Positions 44,162 to 53,732 of a stretch of 64,000 nucleotides of DNA are shown piece after piece (the stretch's first letter is position 1; each line of letters opens with the position of its first letter). Both the position numbers and the translations under genes were made by a program. Origin of the DNA: an uncultured Planctomycetaceae bacterium (GTDB taxonomy: Bacteria > Planctomycetota > Planctomycetia > Isosphaerales > Isosphaeraceae); the NCBI GenBank assembly GCA_963833985.1, contig CAWIAD010000002.1:6016001-6080000 (forward strand), read 5' to 3'. The notes under the pieces are model-generated. The model saw only the letters and a program-made list of their open reading frames with translations, ran no database searches and was not told the origin of the DNA.

Positions 44162-45492
44162 ATGTCGAGAGTTGACGACCATCCGACCGTGATCCGGCAT
44201 CGCCAGACCGGCGCGCCGCGGCGCCAGAGATCGTGGACGCCCGGTGGCTGCGCCAGGTTTGCCTTGAGGCCGGGGCCGACGATGTGGGGTTCCTGGCGAT
44301 CGACCGGCCCGAGCTCGACGATCAGCGGGAGGACATCTTGCGCGTGTGCCCCTGGACCAGGGGGCTGGTAAGTCTTGTCTGCAAGATGAATCGCGAGCCG
44401 ATCCGCATCCCGGCCCGGTCAATGGCGAACCTCGAGTTCCATCACACCGGTGATCGGACCGATGAGGTAACGCGTGCCATCGTCGCGGCGCTGGAGGCGC
44501 GGGGGCACCGCGCCGTCAATCCGGCGATGGGATTCCCGATGGAAATGAACCGTTTCCCCCGCAAGGCCTGGGTGATCTCGCACAAGCCGGTCGCCGTGGC
44601 CGCGGGGCTGGGGCATATGGGCATCCACCGCAACGTCATCCATCCCCTGTTCGGCAACTTCATCCTCCTGGGCACGGTGCTGGTCGACGCCGAGATCTCT
44701 GAGGAAGGCCGGCCACTTGACTACAACCCTTGCCTGGAGTGCAAGCTGTGCGTCGCGGCCTGCCCCGTGGGAGCGATCAGCGCCGATGGACATTTCGACT
44801 TCTCGGCCTGCTATACGCACAACTATCGCGAGTTCATGAGCGGATTCGGCAACTGGGTCGAGAACGTGGTGGAGAGCAAGGATGCCGCCGATTACCGCAC
44901 CCGCGTCAGCGACAGCGAAACGGCCTCGATCTGGCAAAGCCTGAGCTTTGGACCGAACTACAAGGCCGCCTACTGCATGGCGGTCTGCCCGGCGGGCGAG
45001 GACGTGATCGGCCCGTTTCTGAAGGACCGCAAGGGATTCCTGAAGAGCGTGGTTGACCCGTTGCAGCAGAAGGAAGAGACAGTCTACGTCGTCCCCGGCT
45101 CGGACGCCCAGACATATGTGGCCCGACGTTTCTCGCACAAGACCGTCAAGCCCGTCTCCAACGGCCTGCGCCCGACCTCGATCCGCGGCTTCCTGGAGGC
45201 CCTCCCGTGGCTCTTCCAGCGCGACAGGTCCAGGGACCTCTCGGCCGTGTATCACTTCACGTTCACCGGTACGGAGCCCGACCATGCCACCGTGGTGATC
45301 CGCGACCGGACGATTCACGTCGAGCCGGGCCATGCCGGATCCCCGGATCTGAGCGTGAAGGCAGACAGCCGCGCCTGGCTGGGTTTCGTGCGAAAGGAAC
45401 GCAGTCTGGTCTGGTCGTTATTGACCCGGCGCATCCGCCTCAAGGGATCACCCCGCCTGCTCATGGCATTCGGCAAGTGCTTCCCGTCCTGA
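44162..45492 (+). CDS. QueG/reductive-dehalogenase-like 4Fe-4S protein with C-terminal SCP2 sterol-binding domain; frameshift near 44220
   Basis: SHKPVAVAAGLG, CLECKLCVAACP and YCMAVCP; SCP2-like YHFTFTG...IRLKGSP. Confidence 0.8.
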
Positions 45493-45536
45493 GTGTTTTC
45501 AGTGGGCTCGGACGCCAACCGCGGAGCCGGCTGGCG

Positions 45537-45914
45537 TCACGCAAACCGCATGAGCAAAATCAGCGAGGCCACGGCCATCACGATTCCGGCAACCTCGGCC
45601 GCGCTCAGCGGCTCCTTGAAGGCGATGGCGCCGATGGCCGTCAGCATCAGGATCATCGAGACCGAGTAAACGACGCCGATGGTCGCCAGTTTCAGGTGGC
45701 GCATCACATACAACCAACCGAATGCCGTCGAGGCATAGACAGCGAAACCGAGATAGAACCAGCCGGATCGCAGAGGGGACTTCTGGGCGCTCGCGAGCTT
45801 GAGCAAGAAGTCGCCGATCACGCCGACGGCGCTGAACCCCAGGGTGACCAGAATCGGCAAATGGCTCTTCAACGGAGTGACGATTCCACACCACGCTTGC
45901 CGGTGAAATTCCAC
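45537..45914 (-). CDS. Small multidrug resistance/DMT-type membrane protein (true start perhaps 45872)
   Basis: Four hydrophobic helices; GDFLLKLAS and AFKEPLS. Confidence 0.75.
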   Translation of the reverse strand: MEFHRQAWCGIVTPLKSHLPILVTLGFSAVGVIGDFLLKLASAQKSPLRSGWFYLGFAVYASTAFGWLYVMRHLKLATIGVVYSVSMILMLTAIGAIAFKEPLSAAEVAGIVMAVASLILLMRFA

Positions 45915-46409
45915 GACGGGCGAAGACCTCGCCGCTCACCAGGCTTCGATCCGTTCACCAACGTGCCCAGGCGAGTTCTCTCTTCAGCGCCGCAAAGCCG
46001 TACGCTTGTTCTCGGTGAACCTGAGCCATCCGGACAAAACACCGGATCAGGCACTCAGGCGGTGGAAGCTTCGGATTGGAGAAGCCATCGATCGCAGGCG
46101 AGGTCTCGCTCGCGCAGAGTCCCGTCAGGGCTCATGCAATCAACTTTCAAAGAAGGCGTCGGAACGTCCGGCCAGGGCACTCCAGTGACGTTCTCCCATT
46201 CCGTGGCACGGGGGTCCGAGCCTGCCGCGCCCAGTACCTGAATTACAAACCATTGAATCAAAACCGCTTGGGCCTGCTTGAGGCGCAGATCAATTTCCCG
46301 TCTCGTCTTCTTCCGGGACGTCAAAATCGTTGCCGTCCTCACGCTCGGCCCAGGCTTACGCCGATACAATGCGCATGATTTGTGTACTGGCAAACCAGCA
46401 GGAACATCA

Positions 46410-47276
46410 ATGCGGGTCGTTCGGGTTCTGCTCATCCTCGGCCTGGCCTGTTCGACCGGCTGCACGAGCAGTCGGCTTCGCCAGCGGACGATCAACCAGG
46501 GCAGCACCCTGCCGGAGTTGCAGTTCCAGCAAGTCATGGACAACCTCGCCAAGTTCGCGACGAATCCCGCCGCCCTGCCATGGCACGTCAACCTGAGAGA
46601 GGGGACCACCCAGGTCACCGACTCACTCACCGGGGGTGCGGCGCTGGACATCGGTCCGCCGGTCACCTGGTTTCCGCAGCTCCTGGGGTCGAGGACCGCC
46701 GTCGCCCAGTGGGGCATGTCGCCGGTGATCGATGCGACCGAGCTGCGCCTGCTCCGGATCGCCTACCGCCGCGCGCTCGGCGCACCCGACATGCCCTCGC
46801 CCGAGTTCCTTGACGAGTTGACCCATGAGCTGAAGGACCAGCTCGCATCCAACTCCGACCTGAGGGACGAGTCGGAGTTCTTTTACGAGTTCCAGAGCCG
46901 GGCCAACCGCAGCGCCCGGGAGCTGGATGCCCACGTGATCACGACCAACGACGATACCGTCTGTGGCGACCTCGAACCCTTGCGTGATCGCTCGCCGCTG
47001 GCGAGGAACGTCTGCCGGAAGGTCGGAGTGATCCAGAGCGACCTCGCCAGGATCCAGCCCGGCTGGTTCCACGTCGGTGATAAGCGCGACGTTCCGAAGG
47101 ACGCCTGCTACGTCGGCAAGAGCGGCAACTGCTATGTTTGGGTGGGTCCTGAAGGACGCGATCAGCTCACCGAGTTTACCCTGACCGTGCTGAAGCTCTC
47201 CTCCCTGATCAAGGAGACGCAGACGCTGATCAACCCGGGCTCGGTCAAGTTCTCGCCGGGCGATCGGGGCGGGTAA
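46410..47276 (+). CDS. Hypothetical lipoprotein
   Basis: MRVVRVLLILGLACSTGC lipobox-like signal; QQVMDNLAKF. Confidence 0.75.
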   Translation: MRVVRVLLILGLACSTGCTSSRLRQRTINQGSTLPELQFQQVMDNLAKFATNPAALPWHVNLREGTTQVTDSLTGGAALDIGPPVTWFPQLLGSRTAVAQWGMSPVIDATELRLLRIAYRRALGAPDMPSPEFLDELTHELKDQLASNSDLRDESEFFYEFQSRANRSARELDAHVITTNDDTVCGDLEPLRDRSPLARNVCRKVGVIQSDLARIQPGWFHVGDKRDVPKDACYVGKSGNCYVWVGPEGRDQLTEFTLTVLKLSSLIKETQTLINPGSVKFSPGDRGG

Positions 47277-47490
47277 CCCAGGCGGCGCGTTGTGAGCCGT
47301 GCGGAGTGCTGACCTGAGACACTCCTGAAAACCGAATGCTGAAACGCGGACCGATCGGGTCATCTCCGTCATCCAGGCAGATGCTGCGGGATTTGACCCC
47401 GATCACACCCACTTACCCGCGATCTGCTGGCGGATGAAGTATTCATACTGGCACAATTGTTTATTCACGCCCTCCCCCCTCACCGCTTCA

Positions 47491-47919
47491 TCAGTCGAGC
47501 CAGTTCTCGACTCGCAAGCCTGGCACTCTCTCGAAATCGGCTCGGTTGGCGGACAGGAGAAGTGCGTGGTTGACCAGAGCCGTCGCCGCGATTCAGAGAT
47601 CCCTTGAGTCGATGCGAAGCTTCTGCGGGCGGAGATCATCAAATCGTCGGGCCGCTGCCTCATCGAACGGCACAATTTCGAACTCTTGGTAAAACTCGAA
47701 CAGCAAGGCCAGCTCGCGATAACCGGCGACTAGCCGAAGCGCCGTTTTCTCCTTGGCGATCACGGCCAGCCAGCCGCGCATCCGTTCCTCGACCGTGACA
47801 ATGGCCACACCTATGACTTCGGATGCCGGGACTGAATTGAGTCGATCGATCATTCGACGGCCGCGTTCACTGTCGGGGTATTTCAGGAACGTCGTATGGT
47901 CCGTGTCAAGGAGGATCAT
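47491..47919 (-). pseudogene. VapC/PIN toxin with internal nonsense codon (47593-47595)
   Basis: MILLDTDH...RDL*IAATALVNHALLLSANRADFERVPGLRVENWLD; the frame continues with the canonical VapC C-terminus. Confidence 0.85.
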
Positions 47920-48128
47920 TCGGCCAACTTTCCGCCCCGCGCCGCCTCCCGTTCGGCCTCACGGACGCGCATGCATTCCTCGTCGACCCTGCGCATGAAT
48001 TCGCTGTCGCGGAACATGCCGACCACATTGCGCCAATCTTTGCGGGAGCGGTCGACTTCCTTCGTCGCAATGACCTTCTCCAAGGCCTCGACTCGTTTGG
48101 CGAGGGATTCCAAGGTCAAGTCACTCAT
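47916..48128 (-). CDS. Putative antitoxin
   Basis: 70-aa ORF (KDWRNVVGMF) with ATGA overlap onto the PIN gene. Confidence 0.75.
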   Translation of the reverse strand: MSDLTLESLAKRVEALEKVIATKEVDRSRKDWRNVVGMFRDSEFMRRVDEECMRVREAEREAARGGKLAE

Positions 48129-48969
48129 TGCGTCTCCTCCAGACACTCAAACAGCCCCCCACAATCCTACTTTGCCAGGCTCACTTCTTGGAATGCGTCT
48201 TGGTGTGACTCCTCGCGCCTCCGATCCGGGTCCCGAGACTCAGCCGCTGCGCAGCAGGACGATGATGGCGTCCTTGACCGAAGGCGTCAGGCGGTGACGG
48301 TTCGCGACAAACTCCCGTAGTGCCGCGTCTTCGCGGACAGTGAGCAGTCAGCAGGGCGGACAGTTGACTCAACGACTATGATGCAAAACGACTTGTCAAA
48401 CGGCGACTTCGGCAGCAATTCCGGTGTCACTGAGCCGGTGAGGGGGGCTCCACGGCGGTGGACGGAAGAGAGAGTCAAGGGGTTGGATTGACGGACCAAG
48501 TGACGGGGACGCCCTTGCGCCTCGTCGTCCCGTTGGTGCCTCTTCGGCTGCGGTTTGTTTCGCAGGAACATTTCACGATTGAACGCTCTCGCATTCTGAA
48601 TTCTGGCTCGTGAGGGACCGGCCGAGAAGTGGCATAGCATCCGGTTGACCAGCTGCTTGATTCTCAAGCCTCCAGCCAGTCTCGTGGGCCGTCTGCCGAT
48701 CGTTCGTTTGTACCAGGAAGTGCCGCACGCCCTTGTGCGCTGTCACGCCCGCCGGGCGTCTTGCGTTGGTACAGAAACTGGTACAGGGCCATTTGGTAGA
48801 GAAAATTAGCCGGACGCGCGCCGCTATGGACGCGACATAAAACTCGACCATCACAACACTTCAGCGGAGAGGACAGGACGCCAATTGAACTTTTTCTGGC
48901 CGGTGTCCGGGGCTGGGAAGCTGGTTTGCGGCGGCGGATGGATGACGGAAGGTCCAATTCGGATTGATG

Positions 48970-49992
48970 TTAGGGACGAAGACCGGAGTCGTTCTCAACG
49001 CCAAGCCGGTCCCACACATGAATCATCTGTGCTTGTTCAGCCGAAAGCCAATCAGCGACATCGTGTCCGTGACTCCTGCCACTACGATCCCAAATCCAGT
49101 AGGCATGAAGACCGATTGTATCCTCTGTTGGCAGAACCCTGTCGAGCCCCCAGGTGGAGAACAGCTTCCTTGAGCCCCGGTAGAGCCACGAGCACATGTC
49201 GGCCATGCTGCCACTGGTCTCGTTGGTGGCGAGTGCATCCGCGTAATGCAGGAGAGCAGCGTAGTCGGCATCCAGTTTCGTGTTGCGGAACTCTTTCCCC
49301 GGCGTGTCTTTCTCCCCGTACTTCAGCATGAACACGCACCAAAGGGCGAGGCTGCTCCGAGCGTGGTGGAAGGCGAACCATTCGGGGCCGAGTCCGTCCT
49401 CGGCCCCCTTGATGTACACGTCACTCGCTTCTTGGCGTCCATGCGCCAGTTGAATCCAGCGCTTTACCATCCGCTCTTGGTTTACCAGATCATCCATCTG
49501 GGGGCCGAGATTTTTCCCTTGACCCAGTTCCCGGCGAATCTGCCCGTAGGGGACGGAGCAGATTTCGCAGAACGTGCGGCACAAATGGACGAGTGCTTCA
49601 ACGGAATCCACCTCCCGTTGCTGGTAAGCGGGCCTCGTCAAAGACCGCAACTCGTCCGGTGCCTGCTCGCTGCGCTTGCCGAACCAGTACCTTGTCCGTT
49701 CGGTGAGAGACTTGTCGAAAGGCCCTCCCACGGGGGCTTTTGCCGTAAGCTCCTCTTTCAGCAATTCCCCGGTGTGCCGCCAGACCTCGATGGCATCGGC
49801 GAATTCCCACAGCTTGCGTTGAGCCTCGCTCCAGAGAGTGTCTCGGCTCCCGGTGCAGAGTTCGTAAACCAAGGTGTCCGTCAGGACGAAGGTGCAGCCG
49901 CACATGCGCAGCGCACGCAGCCTGCGGCACGACCTGCTTTCGGCTTGCAGGAAGCTCTTGTCGAGAATCACCTTGCGGCTGGTTTCGGCCAT
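48970..49992 (-). CDS. Hypothetical protein with PIN-like N-terminus and DUF2934-like C-terminus
   Basis: VILDKSFL...LTDTLVYEL...LDADY, and tail IGLHAYWIWDRSGRSHGHDVADWLSAE. Confidence 0.65.
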   Translation of the reverse strand: MAETSRKVILDKSFLQAESRSCRRLRALRMCGCTFVLTDTLVYELCTGSRDTLWSEAQRKLWEFADAIEVWRHTGELLKEELTAKAPVGGPFDKSLTERTRYWFGKRSEQAPDELRSLTRPAYQQREVDSVEALVHLCRTFCEICSVPYGQIRRELGQGKNLGPQMDDLVNQERMVKRWIQLAHGRQEASDVYIKGAEDGLGPEWFAFHHARSSLALWCVFMLKYGEKDTPGKEFRNTKLDADYAALLHYADALATNETSGSMADMCSWLYRGSRKLFSTWGLDRVLPTEDTIGLHAYWIWDRSGRSHGHDVADWLSAEQAQMIHVWDRLGVENDSGLRP

Positions 49993-50108
49993 TCTTTCCT
50001 CAATAGTCCTCGCCGGTTGGTTCCGGCAAAGAGCTTTATCGGATCACGATCACGGAGACAGTAAGGCTGAAGTCCTTTGGCTGAGGTAGTTCATCACCCG
50101 TCATCCGG

Positions 50109-50441
50109 CTACTGGCCCTCGCTTTCGAGGAATGCCAGCACTCGGTCCAAACGCCGATCGTCCAGGTTGGCCATCTTGCGAAACACGTCGGGGCGCTGGA
50201 GGATGCGGTGACGGATGGCGTCGGGGATTTTTTCGGCGAGGAGCAGCAGCTCGTCGGGGTCCGCGTCCAGGGCGGTGGCCAGCTTGACAATCAGCTCGTT
50301 GCTGGGGAATTCGCCGAACGAGAGCTTCTGGTTCTCGATCTTGCTGAGGTAGGTAAACGTAACCCGCACCTTCTTCGCAACGTCCCGAAGGGTCAGATTC
50401 TTCGCCTGCCGTAGCTCGCGAATCCGCGTGCCGAAGATCAT
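50109..50441 (-). CDS. XRE-family HTH transcriptional regulator
   Basis: FGTRIRELRQAKNLTLRDVA...YLSKIEN. Confidence 0.92.
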   Translation of the reverse strand: MIFGTRIRELRQAKNLTLRDVAKKVRVTFTYLSKIENQKLSFGEFPSNELIVKLATALDADPDELLLLAEKIPDAIRHRILQRPDVFRKMANLDDRRLDRVLAFLESEGQ

Positions 50442-50721
50442 CGGTTCCTCCTGCTTGCTGTCCCTTTGCCTTCATCGTAAGATGGTAGCACGAGATAGTC
50501 AACAAGTCGGTGGCGGTCGACATGAGCGACGAACGACATGGCGAATCCAGCCCACCAACGAACCGCGTAGGGAAGCCGCCAACACGAACGATTCGCTGTG
50601 TAGGTCTTCGCGGGGATTCTGAAATCAGAAGAAGGCATTTCGCCGCGCCGCTGCGTTCGCCCTTTGGAGATCGAAGGTTTCTTCCTGGATAGCCAATAAT
50701 CTAGCAGAGAGAGAGACTGGG

Positions 50722-52686
50722 ATGGGCGGCAAACTCCTCAAGACATTTTTGTCGACTGCGGTTTTAGTGTTCGTCTGCGGAACGCTCGTCGTGCTTTTGA
50801 CGCGAACGCCCACGGACGCCCGCAAAACCGGGGAGAAACCGAACGTCGCACCGGAGCCTACGCCAGTTACAGCCCCCGACCATATCCTACGTCTAACTGA
50901 AGCTGGCTGGGATCGCCGCGCCGCTGAGGCGGTCGTCGAGTTGAATAGGGAGTGGTTCACAATCCAGGCAGAAGAAAACGCTGCTGGTCTGGAACTTCAG
51001 CTTAAGCTACTGGACGGTTTAGGTCAGTATCCGACGCTGGCTCGCTTCATTTCACAGCATCCAGAAACAGCGGGGCTGCTGGCCGCTGCTGACGATCCTG
51101 AACTGATCGCAGCGGGACTTGATTCCGCCAACGAGAATTACGAGATCGTTGCCGGACTCTACGTGCAACACGCTGCGCCATCTGACGCTGTAGAGGTTGC
51201 CGAGGCGCTGAAGGCGAATAGTGAGCTGATTTGCACACTGCGCAGGCGGGGTCTGCTCGGTTGCGAAGTGCTGTTCATCTTTGACCGAAAGGACGTGGCT
51301 GCCGGGGAATACGAGACATGGCTTCGCGAGGTGATCCAAGCCAAATCCGCAGCATCCGACACTGAATTCGCGTCGTTCGTCAACCTTGCTATGCGCCACG
51401 GCCCTGCTCTCCGCGAACGGTTGAAGAAGAGTGCGAACTTCCGTCGCCACTTCCGGAATGAACTGTGGCCTCGACTGTCCCGAGTAGTCGAAGGCGAGCA
51501 AGGGATGTTCGAGCACTACCTCGACAAGGAACGCATCTGGGATTTGCTTGACCTCGAAAACGGGGAAGAGTTGCTGAAGCGATGTGGACTTCTGCCGATC
51601 GACCTACTCTATGGCTATCCGGAGATTGACCACCCGCCGTACCCGAAAACCCTGCATGACAAGATCGTGCAAGTGCTCCTGCGACGTGAGGACCGCACGA
51701 TTCATGCCCTCATGAAATTCCGCCGCGAGCCGCTGTTCCACAAGTTCATGCAGCGTGACCTATCGTCCGACACTTTTTCGGCTGCGCTGACACAGCTATT
51801 CAATGCCGGGCCGAATTCGCCCGACAAGCTGGCACTCTACGCGAGACTCGACGATACAGCCCTAGCAGATGAAGTCGGCCCGCCGACTTCAGGAATCGTC
51901 ACTTGGATACCGTTCTACTACACGGTCTACGAGGTCCCCAAAAAGCTGCTGCAGGGAAGAGACCCGACCGGTCTGGACTTGTTCTCGGCCGCGGTCGATC
52001 CCGTGTTCCTTGTGATCGACGTGTTTACGGGCGGGGGTACCGCGGCCGGCCGCAAAGCGCTGCTTGTTGGCGGTAAGGAAGCCACGGGTGCAGCGACTCG
52101 CAAGCTCGCGGAGAAGAGTGGAGAAAAGCTGCTTGTCACGACGCTGCGAGATACTGGCCTGGAACTCGCCCGCAAACAAGTCGGTAAAGAGGTCGCCGAA
52201 AAGATGGGTGAGAAAGAACTGATTAACTGGACGGTCACCGGAACGATGTCAGAGATGCAACAGGCGTTACGGACCACGATTGGCAAGGCGACGACGTTCG
52301 AGATTACCAGGCCCGTTCAATTTATGTTTCAGTACAGTCGAGTGGGCCGAGAAACTTGGAGACGCTTCACCGGAATGGAAGCAAGGCTTTTCATGCGAGG
52401 CGACGCTAAGGTTTATGTCCGGATCTCAAATCTGGCCGGGGCAGTCGTTGGAAGCCGCGGCGCCGCTTTTTTCGAGCGTACGGCACAGGATCTCGCTCTT
52501 GGCTCAGCGTTCGAAAGCAAACCCGGGAAAGATGTCCTGCATGAGGGTGTCAAACGTGTCATCTCAACCAAAGAGCAATTGCGATCATGGCAGCAGAACG
52601 CGTCGGCTTGGTGGCTTCTTAACGCAAGCCACAGTACCGCTCAAGCTGAACGGGAAGAGTTGCCACGACAAGGAGCGCAACAATGA
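50722..52686 (+). CDS. Island operon gene A: N-terminally anchored helical protein with pre-toxin-TG-like motif
   Basis: TM segment LSTAVLVFVCGTLVVLL; WIPFYYTVYEVPKKLLQGRDPTGLD followed by a hydrophobic hairpin and Gly/Ala/Lys-rich helices. Confidence 0.8.
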   Translation: MGGKLLKTFLSTAVLVFVCGTLVVLLTRTPTDARKTGEKPNVAPEPTPVTAPDHILRLTEAGWDRRAAEAVVELNREWFTIQAEENAAGLELQLKLLDGLGQYPTLARFISQHPETAGLLAAADDPELIAAGLDSANENYEIVAGLYVQHAAPSDAVEVAEALKANSELICTLRRRGLLGCEVLFIFDRKDVAAGEYETWLREVIQAKSAASDTEFASFVNLAMRHGPALRERLKKSANFRRHFRNELWPRLSRVVEGEQGMFEHYLDKERIWDLLDLENGEELLKRCGLLPIDLLYGYPEIDHPPYPKTLHDKIVQVLLRREDRTIHALMKFRREPLFHKFMQRDLSSDTFSAALTQLFNAGPNSPDKLALYARLDDTALADEVGPPTSGIVTWIPFYYTVYEVPKKLLQGRDPTGLDLFSAAVDPVFLVIDVFTGGGTAAGRKALLVGGKEATGAATRKLAEKSGEKLLVTTLRDTGLELARKQVGKEVAEKMGEKELINWTVTGTMSEMQQALRTTIGKATTFEITRPVQFMFQYSRVGRETWRRFTGMEARLFMRGDAKVYVRISNLAGAVVGSRGAAFFERTAQDLALGSAFESKPGKDVLHEGVKRVISTKEQLRSWQQNASAWWLLNASHSTAQAEREELPRQGAQQ

Positions 52687-53732
52687 TCGTGAACTTTTAT
52701 CTGATGAATTCAATAAGCCGATTCCCTAAGACGGTCTACTGCCCAATTGTCGCAATCCTGCTCTCACTTGTCATTTCGTCGCAGGTGCTTGCTCAAGGCG
52801 TGCGGGGCGTCATGGACGACCTCGTGCGCGGCACAGCCCGAGTCGCAGATGACATCCCCGTGAAACGAATCGATGATCTCGTCGCAGAACTATCAAAGTC
52901 TCGCGCCGCACGCGAGGCGATTGATACCGAATTGCGAAAAGCGGGGCGGCTCACTGGAACCGGAGACGCCGTTCGTGGCACGGCCAGGTCTGACGAAGTG
53001 CTGCGGTTGCTGCGATCTGCAACGTCGGAGCTGGACCCGAATGTGATACGTCGCATCGAACAACTCGATGACGCTTCACGCGATGTGGCACTCGTACTTG
53101 CCAGGGGTGGCGAAGAATTCACGCGGACGCTCCCAGATCTCGCGACACGGGGCCGACTCTTGCGCGAAGGAGGTGCGGAAACAGTAGGGGCAGTGGGGAT
53201 GTTCGGCCCCGACGCCGCGCGAGCGGCATTGCGGTTGGACGAGGCTATCCGTGGCGGGTCAATCATCGTTAAGGATGGAACTCGCGCTGTCACCCTCGCA
53301 GACTTCGGGAACGTGATGACACGATCAGGCAACGCTTCGTGGCAATTCTGGAAGGAATTCGTTCAACCCCACTGGAAGATCTGGGCGGCCAGTGGCGCAC
53401 TGGCTGCTTATCTCGCGAATCCAGAGTACTTTCAAGACGCCGCCGGCCAACTTACAGAGGCCGGCTTCAAACATCTGACAGAGTTTGCCGGTGAGGTGGC
53501 GGCTGCGGCGATCCGTGGCGTCGGCCAGGGATCGGGAAACGCTGCAGAGAAGGTCACCAGCGCGGCGCAAGACACTTTCCTTCATGGAGACAAGTGGGCC
53601 TACGCAGTCGTCGGAACTCTAGTCTTTCTCGGTGGCGTTTCGCTGCTCTTTCGACGCGTGCGGTATTGGTTGTTCCGGCCCCTCCGCTGGTTGAACCAGA
53701 AGCCTGCGGATTCAAACACATCCAAAACGTGA
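52683..53732 (+). CDS. Island operon gene B: exported Ala/Gly-rich helical protein with C-terminal TM helix
   Basis: Signal-like IVAILLSLVISSQVLA; TM AVVGTLVFLGGVSLLF followed by RR; ATGA overlap with A. Confidence 0.8.
   Translation: MIVNFYLMNSISRFPKTVYCPIVAILLSLVISSQVLAQGVRGVMDDLVRGTARVADDIPVKRIDDLVAELSKSRAAREAIDTELRKAGRLTGTGDAVRGTARSDEVLRLLRSATSELDPNVIRRIEQLDDASRDVALVLARGGEEFTRTLPDLATRGRLLREGGAETVGAVGMFGPDAARAALRLDEAIRGGSIIVKDGTRAVTLADFGNVMTRSGNASWQFWKEFVQPHWKIWAASGALAAYLANPEYFQDAAGQLTEAGFKHLTEFAGEVAAAAIRGVGQGSGNAAEKVTSAAQDTFLHGDKWAYAVVGTLVFLGGVSLLFRRVRYWLFRPLRWLNQKPADSNTSKT

Noticed and set aside
47593..47595. In-frame TGA in the VapC gene as selenocysteine
   Set aside because: The position is normally Lys/Arg, with no Cys motif and no SECIS-like hairpin downstream.
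53594..53728. N-terminal extensions of island ORFs in the ORF track (also 56161-56331 and 57855-57872)
   Set aside because: They overlap the upstream genes; 4-nt stop/start overlaps give better starts.
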